A stretch of DNA of 64,000 nucleotides from Candidatus Kapaibacterium sp. (GTDB lineage Bacteria; Bacteroidota; Ignavibacteria; Kapaibacteriales; Kapaibacteriaceae): positions 5,353-69,352 of the forward strand of contig JALHPC010000009.1 in NCBI GenBank assembly GCA_022842685.1. The letters run 5' to 3'. The notes under the pieces are model-generated. The model ran no database searches, had not been told where the DNA came from, and was given only the letters and a program-made list of their open reading frames with translations. The position numbers and the translations under genes were made by a program. Positions 9,701 to 18,134 of the stretch are shown piece after piece (position 1 is the first letter of the stretch; every line of letters begins with the position of its first letter).

Positions 9701-10902
9701 GGTATGGGCAGAATCTGAATCGCTGGCCTACCATTGAAATCGTAAATGACTTCCTGTGCTACGGTCTCTTTCGTTCGCTGCTGACGGTACATCCAACATA
9801 AGGGCCTAAATATACCCGGGCGTGGCATGGCTAACGAGCTTCGATTCTGTCCAACACCAGTAATGGTTTGGCGGCTCATTGTTAGACCATCGTAATACTG
9901 TGCCACGTCCTTGCGCTTGCCTTCTTCGCTATAGGTAGTGCTCAACTGCCAATTCATCCGCTCAGCCATGTGGCCTACCGTTACACGGTAGCGATGAACG
10001 AACGCGCTAACGAGTCCATCTGATGGACCCGTCCAAGCACACGGGATACGCTTGTCCCAGTTCGGCCCTCCAACACCTACTGCTCGCACACGGTACAAAA
10101 GATACCCTCTCTCGTATACAACAGGTACTCTGTAGTAAGTCTGTTTGGTTACTATGCGAGTGGAGTTCTCCTTAAAGTCATACGGTATAGAGCTTGGACT
10201 CAACGTCCCGTTGTTATCCGCGTAATCATCGCGATGGAGAATCTCAAATTCGTATTCTTCTGCGGCAGGAACTGGTTGCCAGTGTACTGTGAGCTCCTGA
10301 GATGTTCCGTCAAGGCAAGGTGGCAGTAGTTTCGGAGTCTGTGCAAATGTCGGCTGGAGGTAACGAGTCTGTTGGGACGTGAAGTTCAACTCGACGATCT
10401 TGCTGACTTCGGCACACAACTCGGGCGTCCCCATTGCTCCCAGTGTGGTTATAACAACCGATTGAATCACGAATTCGCTTTTGTACGCATTCGAGTACGA
10501 GTAGTAGTCCACTACTTTCGAGGCGTGAACAGACGGGTCGTGTCGTATTTGCAGACTTACGGAGACAGGGGGCGCAGGCGCTGTACTTCCAACCATCCAG
10601 TACGTAAGTGTTCCAGTAACTGTGATTTCATAGTCAAAGTGGATCGGTAAAAGAGTTGACTCTAGTTGTCGCAGCTCTACTGTATTCGTGGTGGCGTAGA
10701 ACTTCTGTGGGGAGTTCGTGAACGTTGCCCAGTTCTCTAGTGCGGCCAGTGACGCAGTATGCGTGATTGGTCCAGTAAATGGACTGAGAACGAATGTACT
10801 TCCCGTCATCGGAGTGATGATTCGAGGAAGTGAGACTGCCAGGATGTCAGGGCAAAGCGTTAGGCTGAACAGGGTAACCAACGTCACAAGGGTGTGCTTC
10901 AT
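3799..10902 (-). CDS. Giant RHS/YD-repeat protein (TcC-like). Signal peptide, FN3-like and Cys-rich N-terminal region, YD repeats, RHS repeat-associated core, and a 210-aa C-terminal variable toxin domain.
   Basis: N-terminal hydrophobic signal peptide. Many YxYDxxGR/N repeats, e.g. YTLYYYDQAGNLVRTV, YTYYDKLGRVVESG, YHYLDAANNV, YFEYDALGNRVRKY. Canonical RHS core end RFGYNGKENDKETGTQDYGFRIYNPTLSKFYSVDPL...IDWDGLEG, followed by a unique 210-aa tail. Confidence 0.8.
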   Translation of the reverse strand: MKHTLVTLVTLFSLTLCPDILAVSLPRIITPMTGSTFVLSPFTGPITHTASLAALENWATFTNSPQKFYATTNTVELRQLESTLLPIHFDYEITVTGTLTYWMVGSTAPAPPVSVSLQIRHDPSVHASKVVDYYSYSNAYKSEFVIQSVVITTLGAMGTPELCAEVSKIVELNFTSQQTRYLQPTFAQTPKLLPPCLDGTSQELTVHWQPVPAAEEYEFEILHRDDYADNNGTLSPSSIPYDFKENSTRIVTKQTYYRVPVVYERGYLLYRVRAVGVGGPNWDKRIPCAWTGPSDGLVSAFVHRYRVTVGHMAERMNWQLSTTYSEEGKRKDVAQYYDGLTMSRQTITGVGQNRSSLAMPRPGIFRPLCWMYRQQRTKETVAQEVIYDFNGRPAIQILPIPTSRSAIEFIPSLNKNQQGNAYSWLDFDEYEDCTLPSDPLSSDAAGAIGAGAYYSPNNPNTIGFNAFVPDSKGYPFTRVQYTPDNTVRTFRQASVGQVFAMDAGHETRYFYAKPNQTELDRMFGTEVGYAIRYQKNMVVDPNGQVSVSYLNAEGKTIATALAGKDPTNMLPLDNRPQGSNAQSVIEVDLMGSNVVDSLMHSRTINEHFVVTQAGTYTFSYNIQGSSLQFVTCEPSDVCLDCIYGLEMSLVNNSECVSDPLFSYSGTFGDLIADTERLNVDLQCVGSANGSVSKPTNFPASFERYLDIGSYTLTKVLTVNKSSADEYVELAFEDTCRAVLDAFIAHAMALVDTAGCFQSCSTCLENTTAPVNACDELCPAPVNACDAAKRSMRLDVSPGGQYGGYDVVVVNGVTEYTAAAYPLSVFNPASALSQPANWQALTGKPDLESVILSWDPATSPDVFLQHHPEYCQLTWCESENTGKDYDVAMAQTTTLNAAQLQGLLNSSSTVVPYLQLLNADPFFASGYGLTNRIAFENVLHNPCGGGVSVLRMAMDIAYCQAQTQYQQAVANTASPTGLGTNITNPPLPCSVPVNYYPAHTFGSDPATADLEWQILRNLYQSYKETYLYFSRLQYSVSNDCYNGCVGSDVYAFIPNGPFSPSSSKNGTGMSPEGMIPTNNSEVCGTNEDLYKGKVKRFTNRYDAFSGTNINLGGASLYGCLTNAQMSAIQSQARSLASEYICDTCKTCPTLNDGKRNVDTCRMINPRVKDLVRYLNSPNAIDRRTCTASFSVENGEIVPFAGPRKTGDTRTACTVRLQNCDLGTGPIRVIGVVPVASVARSVSRSSAMTLTIGRFSRGRIDTIQVRAVSEGFPVTICPPKIFCNNDSLLQTPPLNTFDGCVQAQFLSAQFDAHQRYTAWVDSMKADLRAKYYAKCMMSNEEAGYVYQDDSYHYTLYYYDQAGNLVRTVPPSGVSLLPPSASSAVTASRNSRDAAGMPNGVSVLPVHAFVTNYAYNSLNQLSWQTTPDAGRSTFLYDKLGRIAASQNAMQQSTNAYSYTYYDKLGRVVESGKLRLNGPLSQSIVSDYSNWKNYLHSQPRAEITFTQYDAVFSTAVSGKFGLSGQNNLRGRVAGVFSFEDDAKQYSSDYRHATHYTYDVTGNVPLLLQDYPNTPLGTKAIAYNFDLVSGKVNEVRYSPGQPDEYRHRYTYDSELRLTKVESSSKGILWDVDAEYLYYRHGPLARTVLGHLRVQGLDYIYTLQGWVKGVNGTTQERSQDAGRDGIELEQPGSPQTVIVNGQPVTVVNETNPAQMTSGPGYRSINSPIAADAFGYVLQYYTDDYSAISSSLNPTSAINVATGDVQPLYNGNISRMYTWLQGLGGLGMNYRYDVLNRIKQQEAFESLPTGQLLLTNDAYRMELSYDGNGNILSMKRNGSVTNPNMDRLQYHYLDAANNVIPSMTTPPTNATNRLAYVNDAVAGLNYPEANPVNGTVTDVDNQTQGNYKYDAIGNLIQDLSESISIIEWNLQGKITAIRKSTSEDLYFEYDALGNRVRKYVAATKTATYYVRDAQGNIMATYRDHEGAFTLQEMNLYGSSRLGVWNAGINISAPGQGITGPVDWQNIRPLPAFQDSISRGSKQYELSNHLGNVLATVSDRRMIAAIPVAGTSGVTADVLSARDYYAFGMGIPGRQASSGEYRFGYNGKENDKETGTQDYGFRIYNPTLSKFYSVDPLTMEYPELTPYQFASNTPIQAIDWDGLEGKKGTPPTDGSAYFKVTWSGPVGVVERVLKGGKKIYVDRYYTVEPINCNKLQKREAAKWNALHDNQGVKGNQSDNFDYILLGSLKQRGRKINIDLSPSWQDSDGNTERDLALDSRSGFLHLTTKSKAGFRLTFFARGSDGEERKLVNYEVGTDTKFSVTFGYHLKENETLGYRWSSSTGGSRDGDVQYFDIGAGTTPEAAKEEYETQNQPD

Positions 10903-10903
10903 A

Positions 10904-11614
10904 TCAGTCTATGACCTGTAGTTGGTACCCTGCGTACTTTGACGACGGAGCGTAGAAGCCATCATCATCTGTCAGGTAGTCTGTCAACGAAGGGATGTGG
11001 GAATTGTCGAGATAGGAGTACGAGTAGTCGATCCTGATGAACACTGGTTTGCGTTTCGCCGTTGGAGAAACAAACAATTGGGCAAGGATTGGGTTGTCTC
11101 CCGACACCTCCATCACGACGCCGACCAGTTGGCGGAACGTTGTATCAATCTCTATCGTGATTGCTCGTGTGCCGAAGCGCCCCCCGCTAAGTGCGTATTG
11201 TAACACAGAGCCACCCTGGTGATTGATGCGTAACTTCTCGAATCCCGCCACATAGGGGGAAAACATCTCTACCACCTGTGCGACATCTATGGAACCCTTT
11301 GCAAATGACACAACCATCAATTGAGAAGGGTTGCTTACTCTGACAATGTAGTTACCATCAGTGTACATCTCAACACCACTGAAGTCCACATACACAACAT
11401 TGCCGCGCTTGTGTATCGCGCAATGTCCGCTATCGAACGGCGTTGCCATAAGAGAGTCGTATGAGAACGTATATCGCTGCGAGACACGCATGCTTTGCGC
11501 GGAACGCAGGCGATCGGCAACGCCCCTGAGATTGTCCGAGAGCTCTTGCTCCTGTGCATGACTCCAGTAGTAGGTCACTGCTGACAACGCTACGATCGTG
11601 AGTCCAATTCTCAT
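10904..11614 (-). CDS. Secreted hypothetical protein (possible LolA-like beta fold), part of the RHS operon
   Basis: N-terminal signal peptide MRIGLTIVALSAVTYYWSHAQ. Its start overlaps the upstream gene's stop by 4 nt. Its end abuts the RHS gene start, so it is embedded in the operon. Confidence 0.45.
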   Translation of the reverse strand: MRIGLTIVALSAVTYYWSHAQEQELSDNLRGVADRLRSAQSMRVSQRYTFSYDSLMATPFDSGHCAIHKRGNVVYVDFSGVEMYTDGNYIVRVSNPSQLMVVSFAKGSIDVAQVVEMFSPYVAGFEKLRINHQGGSVLQYALSGGRFGTRAITIEIDTTFRQLVGVVMEVSGDNPILAQLFVSPTAKRKPVFIRIDYSYSYLDNSHIPSLTDYLTDDDGFYAPSSKYAGYQLQVID

Positions 11615-13266
11615 GGTCTTTTCACCATTCCCGTTCTCGACTCTCTGACTGTCAGCACGCCTCGTTCCGTTTCCTTGTTAATCGACTCAAGGTTGTCTGA
11701 GGCATCATAGTTGTATTTGGTGAAATAGTTATTCTCGTCGCAGGTAAAGGTGAGCTTCTGGGTATTACCGTCATACGAATGCGTAACGAGTTTCGCATCA
11801 AACGGAAATATCCTGATGTCGTCGTACCACGTTTTTCCGGCGCCCCCTTCGAACGAGATCGTGAGGTTGGTTGCTGTAGGCGGCAGATCAAACGTGCCAC
11901 TTATCTGCTGCCACCCATCGATTACGTTTCCCGATGTTTTGAAAGCATCGCCATTGACGAGTATAGCTGGTTGGTCGAACGATGTTGCTATGGGATCGGA
12001 ATTGTCTCGTACCCATGCACTTACGACATATCTCATGCCTGCCGTTGGAGTGAACAACCCCAGACACGTCGCCTTTCGTGCAGAATCAGTCGATCCGTTC
12101 GTGATACACGGAATCGATACGATTCGCTTGGCTCCTACAAGAAGACCCGACGCCTTTCCAGAGTGTGACTCATTGCTTGATAGCTCAAACACATCGTTCC
12201 AGTTCACAATGTGTGGTCTACAAGCTATTGTTGTGTCACAGAATGCACCCATCGGTGTGTAGTTCCAGTCCTCAAATCCCTCGTAGAGTACTTCGTTGTT
12301 TCTGGCGTTATTCGCAACAGCTACGACCAGTCTATTCCTGTAACCGGTCATCAATGAACTGAATCGCTCCAACACATCCTTAGTTTCTGCTGTGAGCCCA
12401 TTCACGTCTTTCTTCGACACTTCCTCAACCCATTGCCAGCCAGTTCGATCTGCTTGCCATTGAGCATTCTGGTACCTCCAGAACGGCGAGTAGGAAGCAA
12501 ACACGCCATCATGCCTCACGTTGGTTTGTGGTGCTGTCACGTTCGTACTTCGAACTCGAGTTGTAAGATACGACCAGGATGTATCGGCATACCAATTGCC
12601 CCGCGTGCCGGCAACGTATGGATTTGTGACACCGATACCATAACCCGCTGGAGAAGACGTGCCGGATATCGTTACTTGGGCGATATTCGATACCGATGTG
12701 ATAACCGTGTCAATGTTCTCGTTCTGCAGAGTGACGGTGCGCGCTGCAGCGGTGAAGGAGTTACAGTATCGCCCTTCTGGTACGTTGCCAACAAGCACAT
12801 CAAAGTCTATCACGAAGTAGGTTGCTGGACCCATCGGTTGCGGTGGAAGTGCCGCAAATACCCACGTGAGCGTTGAAGATCCGCTCTGCGGCTGAGCCAG
12901 AAACATGCCGCCAACCTGGGCAGGAACAGTTGTATTCGTTGCACAACAGCTCGGATTGGAAGGCGTAAGGTGTGGACTAACAGCAGCATACGTATATGCG
13001 CAATTGCCCACAAACGAAAAACCATTGGGAAGTTGATCCGTGATCGTACATGAGGTTATCTGTCCATAGCCAACGTTCGCAACAGCAATTCGCCATCGAA
13101 CAATGCTTCCACTTGGATACGTTGCATTCGCAGTAGGAGCACAATTCGGGACGCAACTTCCGAGGAAGACCTTTGCGGTTAGCAGGGCCGCTTGGCGGGT
13201 TTGGCCAGTAACGTCAGCTGCTGTCACCACAAGCGAGAGGACCAAAACGAATAGCCGCGTCTTCAT
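11611..13266 (-). CDS. Secreted DUF11 (conserved repeat domain) protein ending in two YD repeats
   Basis: Start reassigned to Met19 (MKTRLFVLVLSLVVTAADVTGQT signal peptide). That ATG overlaps the upstream TGA as ATGA. DUF11-like motif VRWRIAVANVGYGQITSCTITDQLPNGFSFVG. C-terminal HSYDGNTQKLTF..YFTKYNYDASDNLESI is YD-repeat-like. Confidence 0.6.
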   Translation of the reverse strand: MKTRLFVLVLSLVVTAADVTGQTRQAALLTAKVFLGSCVPNCAPTANATYPSGSIVRWRIAVANVGYGQITSCTITDQLPNGFSFVGNCAYTYAAVSPHLTPSNPSCCATNTTVPAQVGGMFLAQPQSGSSTLTWVFAALPPQPMGPATYFVIDFDVLVGNVPEGRYCNSFTAAARTVTLQNENIDTVITSVSNIAQVTISGTSSPAGYGIGVTNPYVAGTRGNWYADTSWSYLTTRVRSTNVTAPQTNVRHDGVFASYSPFWRYQNAQWQADRTGWQWVEEVSKKDVNGLTAETKDVLERFSSLMTGYRNRLVVAVANNARNNEVLYEGFEDWNYTPMGAFCDTTIACRPHIVNWNDVFELSSNESHSGKASGLLVGAKRIVSIPCITNGSTDSARKATCLGLFTPTAGMRYVVSAWVRDNSDPIATSFDQPAILVNGDAFKTSGNVIDGWQQISGTFDLPPTATNLTISFEGGAGKTWYDDIRIFPFDAKLVTHSYDGNTQKLTFTCDENNYFTKYNYDASDNLESINKETERGVLTVRESRTGMVKRP

Positions 13267-16200
13267 CGCTTTATCGGTGGATTGGTTGGAGTACACACTT
13301 CTTGCGGCGGAGGCGGGCATGCGCAGTATGGCACACGCACATCATCGAGTACCTGGGCACTGGCGTTGATGACGCGAGCGGTAGTGCCGATGCCACTAAA
13401 GTCAACTAGGCCTCCACTGACTGGGTTCTTCATCGACGCCACTGTCCCTGCCTCCAACGTCAAGAGATTGCGACGCCCCGGCCGTATCACGGTGCAGGCA
13501 GCACCAGCAGACATATTGATAGGTACACCCACTACGTAAGACTCCATGTGTACGAAATTGGGGGGCTGTTTTTTCATAATCCATAGACGCTGTCCAGTGT
13601 TCGTTGCAACAACTTCATCACCCTCGGCTAGCGCGTTGTACACGTCTTGATTCTGCACCATTACCTGATTCGTCACATTGCTGGCAGTTGAGGCTGTGAA
13701 CGTCAGACCTGAAGTCTGGTACGATGCACTCACGCCTGGATACATCCAATGAGCCGGATATGTGTACTTGAATATGGAGTCGTTGTATTCGTTCGTCGTC
13801 TTACTCATCACGACGAATCCAGTTTTGTCGTCAAATAGAAGATTCTCAGTGCTGATGGACGCTCCATTATCCGTCACGGTTTTCTTTACCAGGAGTCCCT
13901 TCTTCTTGACGATTTTGTTGAAGGCAATGGTGTTCAATCGCGTGTGTTCGGTGGAGATATTCGGCAGGGGCACCACTAGAGCAACGATGGGAGGAAACGC
14001 CGCGTCAACGTTAAGATTCACGCCACCAACATTAGTCATGTGCTCCGATGTTCGTGAGTCACAGATTGCATCTACGCTTACTCCCAACTTGTTAGAACGG
14101 TATGTTGCACCCTGGTGATTCGTTAGCAAGAGCTCTCTATCAATGGCGTATTCGAGTGTTTCCGAGGAGACAAGCGCGTTGTTGCTATTGTAATTCCGAG
14201 TGGATCTCTGCTTTCCATGCATGTCATTGAGAGTAATCACAGCTCCTTGTGATAGAGTAACGTAGTCGTGGGCCTCACTTATGCCCAGTATGGACATTGC
14301 AAAGGACGCTAGAAACGATGTCTTTTTTTCGTGGTTGTCACCAAGTGGTGTTAACGACGACCGCACCGGATAGTCCCTAGCGGTGAAAGACTCGTACTCC
14401 TGATAGCCAGAGCCAGGGACTTTCAATGATGTCTTGTTTGCTACAACGCGCACCTTCGAGTAGATCAGGTTTGGCGCGGGAAAGAGATTCTCGTTATACG
14501 GCTTTTCGATATAGAGTCTGTTGTCGGGCGCCATTTTGATATGTTGGTCGATGAAGACGGGTTCACGCATCATGTTCTCATCCTGTCCCATAAAGGGTTC
14601 ATACTCCATTACGCCGGAACTTATGAGCACGTCCTTGCCCGTTACGGGATCACGCTCCGTTCTCGTATATTCATAGTCAGTGGTGTATGTCTTCGTCTGC
14701 CCGCTTTGGCCTGACTGCGCATTCCAGTCGTCAGACGTAAGAACACGCTTCGTTCTTGACCCACCAATGACCTTGTTCCTTGTGGGTGCAAACAGACGTA
14801 TTATCGACTGAGTCGGCGTGAACGTGGCCGCGAAATTCTTCAGTAATGCGTATGAGTTGAACCCCTTAAAGAACGCCGAGAATTGATCACCAACACGTTG
14901 GTTCAGATCGCTGAGTTTGAGGAAGTGTTCGAGATCACCACCTGGTGGCTGAGCTGGCCCATAGCACAGGTCTTGTCGATTCATCCGCATGAACTGCCAC
15001 GCGTTCTTGCGGATTGGACTTACCCACTGTGGAGATGACGAAGCATCCTGTACGGTTTCGCCCTCTAACTGAATTGCCGCATGAGTGGCGTCAATCACCT
15101 TGATACTCCTGATTCTTGCGTAACCACTTATCCACTCGTCATTCCCTTCGGTCAACTTCACAAGCGCACGGTAATAGTAGAATCGGCTGAGGTCATTGTT
15201 GAAGTACATGTACTTCAAATGCTCATAACGATTGGCGCTAGGAAGTGCCACCGGTAATTTGATCACTAGCCATCGGTTCCCTGTCGATGTGCCTGCTAAT
15301 GGTGACGTAGGCACGGTTGGTGAAGAGCCCACTATACTCACCATCTGGCCAGCGCGCACATCTTGCGTGTATGCATATCGGTGTGGTTCGTATTCCGCCA
15401 ATATCGATCCACCATTAGGAAGCCGTATCGATGTCAGATTCCATGCATATGCCGCTCTGTTCATCTCAGATTCGTCTTGCGACGAATACGGAAAGTCCTG
15501 TAACGAGAGAGGACTGCCAGCAGGACCATACGGGTATCCAACCTGTTGGTAGTACCCCCACCGGTTGGTTTGCATGGCACGATAGTGTGGATTCACGACC
15601 GTTCCGTTCGGCATCTTTCCATACTCAAACGTGTACGGTGACAATAACTCGCGCTTGCTCTTGCCTGATGCGAATGCCACCTTCTTAAGGGTAAGTTTCC
15701 CTGTGCCAGTGCTTGAATTCTGAATACCACCACAAAGCGTATTATCGTAAGTGAAGTAGATGACTCGGATTGGCGCTGCTGCAAGACCCCTAGTTGCCCG
15801 CTCGTTGATAGAGAACACCTTTATGCTGTCGAGTTTCAGTATCACCTGACTTACATCGCGTCCACCGTGTTCATCTTTCACCCCGAGTCCGTCTGTGCGA
15901 CCACCATGATCATAGTAGAACTCCGCTATGTGTGTCTTGCTTTCTATCGAGTGTGTGTAGTACTGTTCCTTTTCTCCGTAGACATAACTACCCTTGTTAT
16001 CATCTTGGTCGCTCTGGAACGCTTTATTGAAAGTTGCCTTGTTCGTTCCATAGGGTGTTCTCCATCGATAATCGTGGATCTTCGCGTAGTTGATCTTTAC
16101 ATAGTTTCCGATGTCGTTAATCGAGGGTCCGTTGCTGTCCACATCGGAGTAATCTGCGCTAAGTACGGCTGTCAGAAGATGACTTGTAACATAGGGAGGC

Positions 16201-18134
16201 AGATGTGTTGCCTCGTAGAATCCATCCTTGCCGTTCGTGCCCCAGACTGTGAACGGATCGTAGCTGACTAGGCCCTCACCATCTGGCTGTTGGTTACTGT
16301 TGAGCGTAAAGGCAACTTCCTTTTGGGTGAGGTTATAGGTTGGCAAGCCAAATACGTACCGCATGCCATCGGTATTCGTTGCGACCATCTCGGATACATG
16401 ATGTCCCTTGCGAATACCTCCTAGGCGTGGTAGTCTTGTTACGACATTGTCGCAACTAAATCGATTCAACTGATAAACATCAATCGTCTTTACAAGGCCG
16501 TAAATACTTGCCTGGGTTGCAGTTCTGTGTTGAATATCAATAGTACGGGGTTCTCGTAACCGCTTCTTCGTATTCGTCGCGGTTACAGCCGATATCAGAC
16601 CGTTATTAGCAATCAGTTCCGATTCGACATCCACCTCCTTCTTGTACCAGGGTGTCTTCTTGATGTTGACCTCAACTGCGTTATCACCGAGCAGTGTCGA
16701 ATAGAGGTCATTCTCGTCAATCGTTACATCGGACGCATTCCTGAAGAATGCGGACTGAAACAACGAGTTTGGTTTCGTCGAGTCAAACGACAGCAGCGGT
16801 GTGATCGCCGAATACCAGCACCCTGATGTTGACGAGGATTGTGTGGTTGAGTGGCTTGCACCAACGTGGAATGCATTGCCAAATCCGACTTCGACGCCAA
16901 CGTTGTTGGCTGAGCCATTTGTTGCGACGCGATTGCTAAAGACAACTCCGATATCGTTCCTGGCTAACTGGAAGGAGCCAGAGATTCCTTGCGCATCTAC
17001 CGAGTAAATGTCATTGGTAAACGACGGGATGCCGATGTTGACGGTTGCGTCCTTGATATACGGACCGTCCTTCTCAAGCTGATAATCATGTAGCACATTG
17101 TCACCCACCTTCTTAGCCTGATCCGAGTACATGAAACCATATGCAGGCGTTGCTATGACATTCGTCGCTAGCCATTGCGTCGAATAATAACCGCTCAGCT
17201 CACCGTGTAGGTGCAAGAACCAGACTGCTCCGCCGGCCTTGAAGCTGCCTGTGAATGAGCGAGAGAGATAAGGATACGTGACGCGTGGAATCTCTGGTTT
17301 CTTCGAGAACGAATATGAGGCAGACGCTCCAAGAAGCGATGAACGCATTTCTTCTTTCGTCTGGTTACCGGTCTTCATTCCCTTACTGTCCCGGTGTCGC
17401 GTCGTTGTTGTGTAGTCGGCTCTTGCGGATAAGTCGACTGAGGCATTGATTGAGGTTTTTAGCCCATCAACAGAGTTGACCTTAACGAGACCCGTCAGCG
17501 ATCCACTTGCCGCCATGTCACTGTTAGTTTTCTGTTTCCACTTGACCGAAGGTTTCGCGAGCAAATCCACGCCAGATTCTGTATTGGCTTTCAATCCAAG
17601 ACTAAGCCCAGTGGTAATCGCGCTCCCTTCCTTGTGCACCGACATCGACAGTCCGTAACTCTGTTCTACGCCCCAACCGTTATAGGTATTATAGAAGATT
17701 CCGTAGCCAACGTTCAATGCTGGGCCGAGCGTGAAGCCCATGAGTTCAGCACCCGCGCCAACGTTTCCGCCATACGTTGTGTTAGGCCGCATGTGGATTC
17801 TTCGTGTTACGGTATCACCACAGAAGTCGTCAGGAATACCTCTCATCGAATGCGTTATCGAACCCGTGTTGATACTCCATCCAAGACCAACTGAGGAGGC
17901 AACGTCTTCCATGCCGACGCCAGACTGATAGGATAGGTTGACTGGGTAGCCTCCAACGTCAAACAAGGTTATGTTGTACGAGAACGACCCAGTTGATGTG
18001 TTCACGAGGTCCGTTGCCTCTGCTGGTTTGAATTGCGTGAAGTCGGGATTGCCAGGTCCACCTGTTTGCCCCATTGCTGGCATGACAGCCAGCACAACGA
18101 ATAGTGCTACGAGGACGTTACTTGCTGAGATCAT
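13263..18134 (-). CDS. SpvB/TcB-like protein (Tc toxin B-component N-terminal domain + degenerate RHS/YD repeats)
   Basis: Signal peptide MISASNVLVALFVVLAVMPAMGQ. The segment FSYNITLFDVGGYPVNLSYQSGVGMEDVASSVGLGWSINTGSITHSMRGIPDDF follows the SpvB/TcB consensus (xLxLxYNSGxGN..FGLGW.....I.RRT..GVPxYDD). Degenerate YD repeats occur later (EFYYDHGGRTDGLGV, YFTYDNT, YAWNLTSIRLPNGGSILAEYEP). Confidence 0.7.
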   Translation of the reverse strand: MISASNVLVALFVVLAVMPAMGQTGGPGNPDFTQFKPAEATDLVNTSTGSFSYNITLFDVGGYPVNLSYQSGVGMEDVASSVGLGWSINTGSITHSMRGIPDDFCGDTVTRRIHMRPNTTYGGNVGAGAELMGFTLGPALNVGYGIFYNTYNGWGVEQSYGLSMSVHKEGSAITTGLSLGLKANTESGVDLLAKPSVKWKQKTNSDMAASGSLTGLVKVNSVDGLKTSINASVDLSARADYTTTTRHRDSKGMKTGNQTKEEMRSSLLGASASYSFSKKPEIPRVTYPYLSRSFTGSFKAGGAVWFLHLHGELSGYYSTQWLATNVIATPAYGFMYSDQAKKVGDNVLHDYQLEKDGPYIKDATVNIGIPSFTNDIYSVDAQGISGSFQLARNDIGVVFSNRVATNGSANNVGVEVGFGNAFHVGASHSTTQSSSTSGCWYSAITPLLSFDSTKPNSLFQSAFFRNASDVTIDENDLYSTLLGDNAVEVNIKKTPWYKKEVDVESELIANNGLISAVTATNTKKRLREPRTIDIQHRTATQASIYGLVKTIDVYQLNRFSCDNVVTRLPRLGGIRKGHHVSEMVATNTDGMRYVFGLPTYNLTQKEVAFTLNSNQQPDGEGLVSYDPFTVWGTNGKDGFYEATHLPPYVTSHLLTAVLSADYSDVDSNGPSINDIGNYVKINYAKIHDYRWRTPYGTNKATFNKAFQSDQDDNKGSYVYGEKEQYYTHSIESKTHIAEFYYDHGGRTDGLGVKDEHGGRDVSQVILKLDSIKVFSINERATRGLAAAPIRVIYFTYDNTLCGGIQNSSTGTGKLTLKKVAFASGKSKRELLSPYTFEYGKMPNGTVVNPHYRAMQTNRWGYYQQVGYPYGPAGSPLSLQDFPYSSQDESEMNRAAYAWNLTSIRLPNGGSILAEYEPHRYAYTQDVRAGQMVSIVGSSPTVPTSPLAGTSTGNRWLVIKLPVALPSANRYEHLKYMYFNNDLSRFYYYRALVKLTEGNDEWISGYARIRSIKVIDATHAAIQLEGETVQDASSSPQWVSPIRKNAWQFMRMNRQDLCYGPAQPPGGDLEHFLKLSDLNQRVGDQFSAFFKGFNSYALLKNFAATFTPTQSIIRLFAPTRNKVIGGSRTKRVLTSDDWNAQSGQSGQTKTYTTDYEYTRTERDPVTGKDVLISSGVMEYEPFMGQDENMMREPVFIDQHIKMAPDNRLYIEKPYNENLFPAPNLIYSKVRVVANKTSLKVPGSGYQEYESFTARDYPVRSSLTPLGDNHEKKTSFLASFAMSILGISEAHDYVTLSQGAVITLNDMHGKQRSTRNYNSNNALVSSETLEYAIDRELLLTNHQGATYRSNKLGVSVDAICDSRTSEHMTNVGGVNLNVDAAFPPIVALVVPLPNISTEHTRLNTIAFNKIVKKKGLLVKKTVTDNGASISTENLLFDDKTGFVVMSKTTNEYNDSIFKYTYPAHWMYPGVSASYQTSGLTFTASTASNVTNQVMVQNQDVYNALAEGDEVVATNTGQRLWIMKKQPPNFVHMESYVVGVPINMSAGAACTVIRPGRRNLLTLEAGTVASMKNPVSGGLVDFSGIGTTARVINASAQVLDDVRVPYCACPPPPQEVCTPTNPPIKR

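Noticed and set aside
4642-10650. Numerous 60-170-aa ORFs on the plus strand inside the RHS gene and other large minus-strand genes (e.g. 4642..5091, 6829..7338, 7683..8108)
   Set aside because: These are antisense or embedded in long well-supported CDSs. They have biased, Arg/Cys/His-rich compositions typical of out-of-frame artefacts.
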